Source of the DNA: a virus
Virus record (IMG/VR): IMGVR_UViG_3300032607_000125
Coordinates: 1-64,000 of that record
Length of the DNA stretch: 64,000 nucleotides
Reading direction: 5' to 3' (one strand)
This document shows positions 7,107-15,373 of this stretch, piece by piece. Position numbers and translations under genes: made by a program. The number at the start of each line of letters is the position of its first letter. The stretch's first letter is position 1. The notes under the pieces were generated by a model, which did not search any database, was not told the origin of the DNA, and saw only the letters and a list, made by a program, of their open reading frames with translations.

Positions 7107-8021
7107 ATGGACATTACTACACTTCGCAAAATGCGCAATACAGACTTCGGTAAAATCTCTACCGAGTTCAACAAGATCGCTAATCCACAAAGCGAATCAA
7201 AGTCTTATCAAGACGACCGCTTCTGGAAACTAGAAGCAGACAAAGCCGGTAATGCTACCGCAACTATTCGATTCCTCCCACGCGCTGAAGGCGACGAACT
7301 CCCTTGGGTTCGCGTATTTAATCATGGGTTCCAAGGGCCTACTGGGAAATGGTACATCGAAAACTCTCTTACAACTATTGGTGAAAACGATCCGGTCGGT
7401 GAACTAAATTCTCGTCTGTGGAATACTGGTAATGATGCTGATAAGGAAGTCGCTCGTAAACAAAAGCGTCGTCTACAGTACATTGCAAACGTTTTGATCG
7501 TATCAGATCCTAAGCATCCAGAAAACGAAGGACAAGTTCGCTTGTATAAGTTTGGCAAGAAGATCTTCGATAAGATTATGGACAAAGCTCGTCCAACATT
7601 TGAAGATGAAACGCCAGTCAATGTGTTTGACTTGTGGGAAGGTGCAGACTTTAAACTTCGTCAACGTAAAGTTGAGGGTTATCCTAACTATGATCAGTCG
7701 GTGTTTAATGCTCCAGCTCCAGTTTCTGAAGATGAAGAAGAAATTCTTAAAGTTGTAAATGCTCAACATAAGCTTGCTGAGTTTATCGATAAGAAAAACT
7801 TCAAGACTTATGAAGAACTATCGCGTAAGTTGGTATCTGTTTTGAATAGTGAGATGGCAGCACCTGCACCATCAGCTGCGAATATGGATAATGCTGATGA
7901 TGATTATACACCACCAGTTCGCACTGCTGCTAAACCTACAGTGAAGATCTCCAAGCCGGCAGATGACGGTGATGACGATGAGGCAATGAGTTACTTTAAG
8001 AAGATTGCTCAGGAAGATTAA
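7107..8021 (+). CDS. gp32: Single-stranded DNA-binding protein
   Basis: DDRFWK...IRFLP...HGFQGPTGKWYIENSLTT...YKFGKKIFDKI; acidic tail. The T4 Zn-binding Cys residues are absent, as in cyanophage-type gp32. Confidence 0.95.
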   Translation: MDITTLRKMRNTDFGKISTEFNKIANPQSESKSYQDDRFWKLEADKAGNATATIRFLPRAEGDELPWVRVFNHGFQGPTGKWYIENSLTTIGENDPVGELNSRLWNTGNDADKEVARKQKRRLQYIANVLIVSDPKHPENEGQVRLYKFGKKIFDKIMDKARPTFEDETPVNVFDLWEGADFKLRQRKVEGYPNYDQSVFNAPAPVSEDEEEILKVVNAQHKLAEFIDKKNFKTYEELSRKLVSVLNSEMAAPAPSAANMDNADDDYTPPVRTAAKPTVKISKPADDGDDDEAMSYFKKIAQED

Positions 8022-8041
8022 TCTATAACGTAGATAAAAAC

Positions 8042-8067
8042 AAAGGGAGGCCGAAGCCTCCCTTTTT
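8042..8067 (+). terminator. Intrinsic terminator after gp32 (possibly bidirectional)
   Basis: AAAGGGAGGC-CGAA-GCCTCCCTTT followed by TT; A-run upstream; lies between convergent modules. Confidence 0.85.
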
Positions 8068-8078
8068 ATTGGAATGAT

Positions 8079-8252
8079 ATGAACAATGAAATTAAATACT
8101 TAGTCTATAAGAATGGTGTCAACATAGGTTCATTTAAGAATCTAGTTCTTGGCATTGAACAGATTAAATCTACGTGTAAAGGTTCTATAACAATATATCA
8201 GATACGTGATATTCACACGCAAGAAGTAGTGTGGGATGGATTAATAGACTGA
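8079..8252 (+). CDS. Putative 57-aa protein (not in the ORF track)
   Basis: ATG 8079 to TGA 8252, MNNEIKYLVYKNGVNIGSF...WDGLID; fills the gap and overlaps the tape-measure stop by 12 nt. Confidence 0.45.
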   Translation: MNNEIKYLVYKNGVNIGSFKNLVLGIEQIKSTCKGSITIYQIRDIHTQEVVWDGLID

Positions 8253-10118
8253 TCTAGCACTAAAATATCTATCAACACTTGATTCATGTGTGCGCACATT
8301 TGATGTTACACTTGCGATCGCTGTCTGTTTAACATTAGTAGTCACTGAAGGTGCACTAACTATACTAGCGCCAAGAGCGCCTTGCTCTTTCATTGCTCCA
8401 ATTTGACTAGACATACCAGACACTTTAGAACCAGCGTTTGAACCAAATGAACTTAATCCTTGACTAAGTTTTTCCATTCCTATTCCAGCTTGTGCCAAAC
8501 CAGGACCATAACTAGCAATTTGTTCTAATTGCTCAATAGGTGATTTTTTGCCACTTACTGCGCCTAAGAATCCTGTTACTAAGTTAGCGACACCTGCAAC
8601 GGCTCCGCCTGCGCCAAATGCTGCCATGCCAGCGCCGACTGCAACTAGTCCAGCACCAACTGAGATTAAGTTACTACCATCAACAGCACCAAGTCTTTCA
8701 ATGCTAGTCACAATTGAATCCATAATTCCAGTAATAGCATCTGATATAGAAGTCACAATGTTGACGATCACGTCTCCAATTGATTTTAGAATTTCTGGTA
8801 TTGCTTTAATAGCTTCGATGAATACTCCGCCAACTACTTCTGCAACTTTCATTAGAACTGGAGCAAAAGCTTCAATTGCAGGTGCAGCCATACCAAGCGC
8901 TTTACCTAAAGCCATTGATGCTACTGCTAATGTTAGAATAACTGGAATCGCTGGAGTTAACGCGATTAATCCAGGTGCTAAAGACATAAGACCTCGACCA
9001 ATACCACTAAGGATTGCGCCTAATCCCTTGCCTGCTCCTGCACCTAATTTTGCTAGTGCGTTTCCAAGACCACCAAGGACACCGCCCCCACTATCGCTGC
9101 TATCACTATTAGCACTAGTTTTACTAACACCTTCATGAGGTCCACCAGTGTTAGTTACAATTTGCTTAAGTATGAATATTTGTTCTTCTTGAACTTTTTG
9201 TGCTTCATTCTTATCTTCTTTAGAAACCGTCACTTTTCTATTTTTAGTGATATCTTCCTTTGCAACATCAGGCGAAGTTTTAGCAACTGGCTTAATAGGT
9301 ATTGGTTCATCGCGTTGATTTTCAATACTAATCTTTGCGGCGTGAGCACTATCTTTAGATTTTTCTTGTTCTTCTCTTACAAATTCAGATTTCTTATCAT
9401 GTTTGGCATACTCTTCTGCAAGTATAGCTTTCTTAGCAAATAACTTCTTTCCTTCCGGCGTTTTAGCCAGTTGAGTATCATCATCTAACCCAGTAACTTT
9501 CTTAAGTTTAGTGATACTTTCTTCAGTGCTCTTTAAACCTTTTGAAGCTTGGTGCGCCATAGCAAAATCTGTCTTAAGTTCTTCATCGGTTTTAGTAGAA
9601 CCAAGTGCTTTCTGCTGTTTAATAAAATCACTTTGAGCAATTTTCTTATTAAGCAATCCACCAACGTTTACAGCGCTAAGAGCAGTTCTGCCAATATTGC
9701 CTTTACCATATTTTTCACCAAATGATTTTTTCATATCACCTAGTTTTTCGCCAACAGTTTTAAAGGTTTTCATACTGGTAGCTACAACGGCCATTGCCTG
9801 AAGTTCGCGCTCAGTCATAGAATTATTAGCTTTTGCTAACTTTATTAATTCTTTTTGTGATGCTTCTATTTCATTTAAACTATCATTTTCTTCTTCAATA
9901 GTTTTATCAGCTTTTCTTTGTTCTAGCGCTTGTAACGCGTCTATAGCTACCAAAGCAGTAAGTTTAGTAGAATTAGTAGAGATAGCATCCGATATAGAAC
10001 CAAGATGTTCATTCGAAAGTTTTTGAAGTTCAAGCAGTTGAGTAAACCCCGCTTCTTGAGTCTTAGTGCCTTCTCTAATGCTAGAATTAACTGAGCTATT
10101 GCCTGTTCTTTTTGCCAT
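8241..10118 (-). CDS. Tail tape-measure / baseplate hub protein (gp29-like)
   Basis: 625 aa, coiled-coil N-half and Gly/Ala-rich amphipathic C-half; lies directly downstream of gp26/gp51. Confidence 0.7.
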   Translation of the reverse strand: MAKRTGNSSVNSSIREGTKTQEAGFTQLLELQKLSNEHLGSISDAISTNSTKLTALVAIDALQALEQRKADKTIEEENDSLNEIEASQKELIKLAKANNSMTERELQAMAVVATSMKTFKTVGEKLGDMKKSFGEKYGKGNIGRTALSAVNVGGLLNKKIAQSDFIKQQKALGSTKTDEELKTDFAMAHQASKGLKSTEESITKLKKVTGLDDDTQLAKTPEGKKLFAKKAILAEEYAKHDKKSEFVREEQEKSKDSAHAAKISIENQRDEPIPIKPVAKTSPDVAKEDITKNRKVTVSKEDKNEAQKVQEEQIFILKQIVTNTGGPHEGVSKTSANSDSSDSGGGVLGGLGNALAKLGAGAGKGLGAILSGIGRGLMSLAPGLIALTPAIPVILTLAVASMALGKALGMAAPAIEAFAPVLMKVAEVVGGVFIEAIKAIPEILKSIGDVIVNIVTSISDAITGIMDSIVTSIERLGAVDGSNLISVGAGLVAVGAGMAAFGAGGAVAGVANLVTGFLGAVSGKKSPIEQLEQIASYGPGLAQAGIGMEKLSQGLSSFGSNAGSKVSGMSSQIGAMKEQGALGASIVSAPSVTTNVKQTAIASVTSNVRTHESSVDRYFSARSVY

Positions 10119-10124
10119 GATAGT

Positions 10125-10268
10125 TTATCTCTTTTGTGCTTCTAACCGTTGTTTTTCTTCTTCTAAATATTGTATAAGCATAGCGGTATAAATTTCACGT
10201 TCAAAGGGGATCATATTCTCAATTTCCCCTAGACTATACTTGTGGTACTGCATAAGCGCAAAGTTCAT
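10125..10268 (-). CDS. gp51: gp51-like baseplate/tail assembly protein (47 aa from ATG; probably C-terminal part of a frameshift fusion)
   Basis: MNFALMQYHKYSLGEIENMIPFEREIYTAMLIQYLEEEK matches the short cyanophage-type gp51. The frame is open upstream through HDSLHNYYK to the gp26 stop. Confidence 0.8.
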   Translation of the reverse strand: MNFALMQYHKYSLGEIENMIPFEREIYTAMLIQYLEEEKQRLEAQKR

Positions 10269-10316
10269 CTTATAGTAATTATGCAGACTGTCATGATATA
10301 AGCAAATTAGAAAAAA
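10248..10316 (-). promoter_or_regulatory. Candidate -1 frameshift signal (slippery heptamer plus H-type pseudoknot)
   Basis: T TTT TTC (10316-10310) immediately before the gp26 TAA; 7-nt spacer; S1 CTTATA/TATAAG; S2 CTGCATAA/TTATGCAG. Confidence 0.6.
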
Positions 10317-11020
10317 GATTCGAGGCCTTTAATAACCTTTTGATGATCTTTCTTACACACTGGACAAACGTATTTAACTGTTTCTTCAAGTTTTGGCATT
10401 GTGTCAAAGAAAGCTTGAAGTTTACTGAATTGTTCTTGTGTTAAATTATTTACAAACTCACGAACTTCTTCTGGTTTTTGCTCTTTAGTTGGATACACTT
10501 CATCACTGTCATAGATAGAGTCAATACACTGGCATATAATCTCAAACAATAATTCGACATCACCATTAGTAAGACCATCCATTTTCTTAATGATATCAAG
10601 AGTTGGATATTTCATAATAGCGCCAACGTCATTAAATAGCAAAATTGTTTTCTTATGTTCTTTTGGTACTTGAACTTTAACTTTAGTTAAATCAATAGAA
10701 TATCGCACTGTTGCTTTATCGTCTTCACACGTATCACACTTTAGAATAATATCTACAATTTCACCAACTGACTTTGCTCTAAGCTGAGTGAAAATATATT
10801 CTACGTCAAATACTGCTAGATCATTTACGTTTATTTTATCCATGACACAAGACTCAATGACTGACTTTAAAGTCTCAATCATAGTGTCAGGATCTTCACT
10901 TTGTTGTGCGATTAATAGAGCCTTTTCTTCTTTTACTAGAAATGGTCTATAGGTGACAGACTTATTAGTTGAAGGAATTGTCAATTTATATCGCGGCGCT
11001 TGTGCCTGTGGTAATGCCAT
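10307..11020 (-). CDS. gp26: Baseplate hub assembly protein / tail assembly chaperone
   Basis: MALP...YRPFLVKEEKALLIA...FDVEYIFTQLRAKSVGE...C-terminal CPVC...GLESFF. Confidence 0.9.
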   Translation of the reverse strand: MALPQAQAPRYKLTIPSTNKSVTYRPFLVKEEKALLIAQQSEDPDTMIETLKSVIESCVMDKINVNDLAVFDVEYIFTQLRAKSVGEIVDIILKCDTCEDDKATVRYSIDLTKVKVQVPKEHKKTILLFNDVGAIMKYPTLDIIKKMDGLTNGDVELLFEIICQCIDSIYDSDEVYPTKEQKPEEVREFVNNLTQEQFSKLQAFFDTMPKLEETVKYVCPVCKKDHQKVIKGLESFF

Positions 11021-11022
11021 TA

Positions 11023-11436
11023 TTATTTTCCTTTTCGAATATCATCAAGCATCTTGCTTAATTCAGTTGTGCTACCAACAAAGATAGCGTTATTAGTCAC
11101 TGCTGCAATTTCCTTTGACTCGCCTTTAGGATTATCAATTGTTTGCTTCTTCTTATGCAGATCAAGTAGTTGATGATTAATGTCTGAAAGATGTTTCATC
11201 AATCCGCCAACAACTTCAAAAGCTCTGGGATGTTCACTTTGCTTTGCAACTTCTAATGCTGCATTTAGTGCTTCTTGTCCTTGAACCATTATACTATGTA
11301 AGTTTGAACGAGTAGTTTCATAATCATATTCTAATGATTGATTTTTTGAAACAACAACGTTTCCGTTAGATATAATATCAACTTTTCCAATTGGTTCTAC
11401 TTTAAACACTTCACTTAAATTATCATCAATATTCAT
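11023..11436 (-). CDS. gp16: Terminase small subunit
   Basis: DYETTRSNL...GQEAL...SEHPRAFEVVGGL...NNAIFVGSTTEL is the cyanophage-type gp16 signature. Confidence 0.85.
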   Translation of the reverse strand: MNIDDNLSEVFKVEPIGKVDIISNGNVVVSKNQSLEYDYETTRSNLHSIMVQGQEALNAALEVAKQSEHPRAFEVVGGLMKHLSDINHQLLDLHKKKQTIDNPKGESKEIAAVTNNAIFVGSTTELSKMLDDIRKGK

Positions 11437-11437
11437 A

Positions 11438-11716
11438 TTATTTAGTGCTAGATTCCTCTGCGCTCGCTTGTTGTATTACTATAGATTTTTCTTTGCTACG
11501 ACCATAAGCAGTAACACCCAATATACCACCAAAGGCTAAGTGAATGAAACCGCCGTTTTCAAGTGTTAGTGACTTCCATAAATCAATTTCAACACCCTTC
11601 AATCTTAGATATAACACGAATGCAGGTGCTATGATGAAGTCAAATATATTGATAGCCATATACGTCCAACCCATAGCAGGACGCCATAAAGATCGTACCC
11701 AGTGTTCTTCTATCAT
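11438..11716 (-). CDS. 3-TM holin (GTA-holin-like family)
   Basis: WRPAMGWTYMAINIFDF...LAFGGILGVTAYGRSKEK with hydrophobic helices. Confidence 0.75.
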   Translation of the reverse strand: MIEEHWVRSLWRPAMGWTYMAINIFDFIIAPAFVLYLRLKGVEIDLWKSLTLENGGFIHLAFGGILGVTAYGRSKEKSIVIQQASAEESSTK

Positions 11717-12471
11717 ACAAATAATCCGCCTAAACTTGTTTCAATGCCCTGACGCTCTAATCTAGAAATAGATCTACTAATTGCATTGCTGTCATTGATT
11801 CTTTGCTGATACTCTTGAAAGTTAGAGTAATACAGTTCATTAGTGTTTGCATCCATGCTAATCGCTGTAGCACCATATTGCTGTAGTGTTAACTGATCTC
11901 CAGTCACGTTTATGTTATTGTCTATAAGCGCATTGGATGGTACTGTGGCCCAATTTTTATTAATATGATTTTTATACGCAAACGTTACACCTAATCTCAT
12001 AACGTCTTTAGAATTATTATCCAATGTTATTGACTGAACTGCTTTTGGAAATACTTCATACATTTCACATTCATAAGTGTTATTGTTTTCTACGTCTTGA
12101 ATTACTATATTCATTTTAGTAGCATACTGATCGTAATACCCATTAAGCCGTGTTGTTGGATTTACTATAACGTTCATCCATTCATCAAATAACTTTTTAA
12201 CTAACATCTTACTATCAACTAAGAAAACCAATGTTATATTTTCAAAATTTCTTTCATATACAACTTCGCGAGTTTCACCAAATGTTCTAATTGGTTGAGT
12301 AGCTACTGCAAGTCCAGGCAGTGCAGCTTGTTCACAGAACAAATGTACTACATTTAATTCATTAAATAAATTTGGCATTCCAGATGGAAGTGATATATTA
12401 ACAGTAAATCTATTCTGTCTTGCAATGCCATCATTCTTTACTTGCGCAATAAAGTCTCTTAGTGCAGCCAT
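11713..12471 (-). CDS. gp54: Baseplate tail-tube initiator (gp19-fold)
   Basis: Start at ATG 12471 (TAATG overlap); ARQNRFTV...CEQAALPG...FDEWMN...EVFPKAV tube-protein motifs. Confidence 0.7.
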   Translation of the reverse strand: MAALRDFIAQVKNDGIARQNRFTVNISLPSGMPNLFNELNVVHLFCEQAALPGLAVATQPIRTFGETREVVYERNFENITLVFLVDSKMLVKKLFDEWMNVIVNPTTRLNGYYDQYATKMNIVIQDVENNNTYECEMYEVFPKAVQSITLDNNSKDVMRLGVTFAYKNHINKNWATVPSNALIDNNINVTGDQLTLQQYGATAISMDANTNELYYSNFQEYQQRINDSNAISRSISRLERQGIETSLGGLFV

Positions 12472-13055
12472 TACATTCCTCCAGTATTTTTCCAGACTTG
12501 CGCAGAAGAAGATTTTGTAAAACTTTCTACTGGCAACATCATTGCTGTAACCCAATCTGTTGGGGATATTAATTTAGTTGGTGTCATAATATGATCATAA
12601 AGATATGATTTGACGCAGTGTTCAGCTAATTTGTGTTTAGAAATTCCACTGATGATATTCCATGAATATCTAAGTCTAGTAGTCTCATCGAGAGTTTTTG
12701 TAGTCTTAAATCTTAAAAGATTATCAAGTAAGACTACTCTAAACTTATATGATAAATAATGCATGTTTAATCCAATGAAACCATTAGGCGTTGTTGCAAA
12801 TGGAAACACCATTGGAAATCTATCATAGTGGGGTAGAGTTTCTTTATGCTTTGGATCATAGAAAAACATATATAAACTACCAGGCTTAATAGTATTTGAC
12901 ACTTTGCCAGAATTAGTGTATACGCCTCTAGCTTTAACGCCTTCTTTGGTTAAAAGCATAGCTTGTTGTCTAAACCAACTTCTAGAGTTATTCAGTATTG
13001 ATTGGTCGAACTGATGTTTTTCAAATACATCGAGCATACTCTTAGGTGCTGTCAT
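12471..13055 (-). CDS. gp2: DNA end protector protein
   Basis: PGSLYMFFYDPKHKETLPHYDRFPMVF...GLNMHYL...CVKSYL. Confidence 0.9.
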   Translation of the reverse strand: MTAPKSMLDVFEKHQFDQSILNNSRSWFRQQAMLLTKEGVKARGVYTNSGKVSNTIKPGSLYMFFYDPKHKETLPHYDRFPMVFPFATTPNGFIGLNMHYLSYKFRVVLLDNLLRFKTTKTLDETTRLRYSWNIISGISKHKLAEHCVKSYLYDHIMTPTKLISPTDWVTAMMLPVESFTKSSSAQVWKNTGGM

Positions 13056-13489
13056 TTTATTCCTAGGTGATATTCAGTTAAGATTATAAATTCCCACTGT
13101 CTATCTTTTGCATATGTTGTTGCGGCTTTCCACTTAGATTCATTTACACCCCATGTCATCACTTCTTGAATATACCTTCTTGTTTTTCTAGATGGTGGCA
13201 CTGGTGGTCTTGTCTGGGCGTCTGGTTTTACTTCTACTAAATAAGTCTTAATACTACCATCTTTTGTCTGTATTTTAATTTTAAAGTCAATAAAGTATCG
13301 ATGAGCTCTATTGTCTACTGGAGAGACATAGGGTACTATAGTTTCTTCTGAACTCCAACTTAAAACAGAAGAGTTCTTATCGCACCATATTGCAAACTTG
13401 GTTTCCCAACTAGATCGCATAACGATGTTTGTTGGGTCACCAATATACTTCTCTGGATGTATTGGTTTGTATTTTCGTTTGTGAAACAT
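13052..13489 (-). CDS. gp4: Head completion nuclease
   Basis: YIGDPTNIVMRSSWE...WSSEE...HRYFIDF...EVKP...NESKWKAA. Confidence 0.92.
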   Translation of the reverse strand: MFHKRKYKPIHPEKYIGDPTNIVMRSSWETKFAIWCDKNSSVLSWSSEETIVPYVSPVDNRAHRYFIDFKIKIQTKDGSIKTYLVEVKPDAQTRPPVPPSRKTRRYIQEVMTWGVNESKWKAATTYAKDRQWEFIILTEYHLGIK

Positions 13490-13490
13490 T

Positions 13491-13524
13491 GATAAATATA
13501 CTATAGCTTATACAACTATTTATA
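13491..13524. promoter_or_regulatory. Divergent late promoters (gp4 on -, gp48 on +)
   Basis: TATAAATA on - at 13517-13524; GATAAATA on + at 13491-13498. Confidence 0.65.
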
Positions 13525-13533
13525 GGAACTTGC

Positions 13534-14640
13534 ATGGCCACAGTAAAATCAGGAATAGCACCAGCCACGGCAATTCCTCAAAATCAATATCAGCCAAAGT
13601 CTTTTGACCCTAATCAGTCAAAATACGCGGTGGAAGGCTATTCATATCCAAATGATTTAATGGGAAATATTACACAGTATGGCAGCAACTATGTCTTGTT
13701 TTATATAAATGTCAATGAAGCTTCAAAAATGCTTCAGAATCCAGATGCACTAACTGTTGACATTGCTGCATCTGAACGAGTTAAAAAGCAACTTTCTGGA
13801 AAAGAATATAGTGCTACTAGTGTTGCTGCAGTTCAAATTGCATCTGGCGCGCTTGCTGGTGGCGCAGTTGCTGGCGTAGTTGCTGGTAAATTGGGCGGTG
13901 CTGCTGGTGTAGTTGCTGGTGGTGCAGTTGGTGGAGTATCTACTGCAGCAATTGCGACAAACGCATCTGGTTTCTCTAGAGCTCAAAAAAGATTAAAAAC
14001 TGCAATTGCATTACACGTTCCAAATCAACTATCTATTAGATATGGCGCTAATTGGGGTGAAGAAGAGACATTTGGGATGCAAGCAGCACAGACCGGAATT
14101 GAAATTGCTGCAGCATTAGCTAAAAGTGGTGAATCTATTACAGATAAAGCAAAAACTGCAGCTAAGGGTACTTCCGGGATAGTCGCAAATGTTGCATTAA
14201 CAAAAGGCCCTAACGCTGCTGCACTATCTGCAATGACTGGACTAGCGCCAAATCCAATGAAAGAGCAAATATTTAAAGGTGTAGACTTTAGAACATTTAG
14301 CGTTGATTATAGCTTTTCGCCTAGAAGCGCTGAAGAATCACGCAGTGTATTAAATATTATTGCTGCGTTTAAATACCACATGCATCCAGAATTTAAAGAC
14401 GCCAACAACTTTTTATTTTTATATCCATCAGAATTTGATATTGTATATTATCATAATGGTTCGGAAAATATGAACATTCATCGCCACACGTCTTGTGTGT
14501 TAACCGAAATGAATGTGAACTATACTCCTAATGGGAATTTTACTACATTTGCTGGTGGTATGCCAACTCAAATTAACGTCTCAATGTCATTTAAAGAACT
14601 TACTATTCTTACTAAAGAACTTATCGCACAGGGTTTATAA
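13534..14640 (+). CDS. gp48: Baseplate tail-tube cap
   Basis: NPMKEQIFKGVDFRTFSVDYSFSPRS...LYPSEFDI...CVLTEMNVNYTP...PTQINVSMSFKEL. Confidence 0.88.
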   Translation: MATVKSGIAPATAIPQNQYQPKSFDPNQSKYAVEGYSYPNDLMGNITQYGSNYVLFYINVNEASKMLQNPDALTVDIAASERVKKQLSGKEYSATSVAAVQIASGALAGGAVAGVVAGKLGGAAGVVAGGAVGGVSTAAIATNASGFSRAQKRLKTAIALHVPNQLSIRYGANWGEEETFGMQAAQTGIEIAAALAKSGESITDKAKTAAKGTSGIVANVALTKGPNAAALSAMTGLAPNPMKEQIFKGVDFRTFSVDYSFSPRSAEESRSVLNIIAAFKYHMHPEFKDANNFLFLYPSEFDIVYYHNGSENMNIHRHTSCVLTEMNVNYTPNGNFTTFAGGMPTQINVSMSFKELTILTKELIAQGL

Positions 14641-14641
14641 G

Positions 14642-15373
14642 ATGTATTTCGCAAACTTTCCAAAAATAGTATATGATTTTGATTTAAGTTCTGGTACTAA
14701 TTACCAGATCGTAACTGACATTACTCGTAACGTCAGATTCCGCAAACAAATTCTTGAAAATATTAGTCTATATGATTATTATGATATGCGTGAAGGTGAA
14801 ACACCGGAAATTGTCTCTGAGAGAATTTATGGCACGCCATACTACCATTGGGTGATTATGTTAGCCAACCAACGCTACGATTATATCAATGATTTTCCAG
14901 TTAGTCAATTAGAACTTGACGCTCTTGTTGTGCAAAGATATGGCATTGCACAAATAGATCATGTACATCACTATGAATACAACGGATTTAAAAGAGAAGG
15001 TGTTAACATTCTTGTTCTTAGAGAGTCAGCTATAACTGGTGGTGGCATAGGTTCGCTTGCTGTTGGTAAAATACTAGTTAGTGAAACTAACGTGTATGTT
15101 GGACGAATAGACTCTATTTTAGTAGAATCAAATAATGAAACTATTACAGTATCAACGTCTTTACGAAATGGTAAGTTCATGCCAAGTGAAACGCTTACAG
15201 TGCAAAATGAAGACGTAGTTGTTGAAGTACAAACATGCACAGTTCCGGAAAATTATACTACTACTTCAAATTATCAGTATGAATTTAATTTAAATGAAGT
15301 TAAGCGTAGAATAAAAATAATTGATCCAGGATTAGTAGAACAGCTAATCAAAGAATTTAAAGATACTATATGA
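14642..15373 (+). CDS. gp53: Baseplate wedge protein
   Basis: MYFANFPKIVY...GETPEIVSERIYG...YHWVIMLAN...YEFNLNEVKRRIKII; true start 14642. Confidence 0.9.
   Translation: MYFANFPKIVYDFDLSSGTNYQIVTDITRNVRFRKQILENISLYDYYDMREGETPEIVSERIYGTPYYHWVIMLANQRYDYINDFPVSQLELDALVVQRYGIAQIDHVHHYEYNGFKREGVNILVLRESAITGGGIGSLAVGKILVSETNVYVGRIDSILVESNNETITVSTSLRNGKFMPSETLTVQNEDVVVEVQTCTVPENYTTTSNYQYEFNLNEVKRRIKIIDPGLVEQLIKEFKDTI

Noticed and set aside
8548-9443. Plus-strand ORFs opposite the tape measure
   Set aside because: These are antisense shadows of a Gly/Ala-rich gene.
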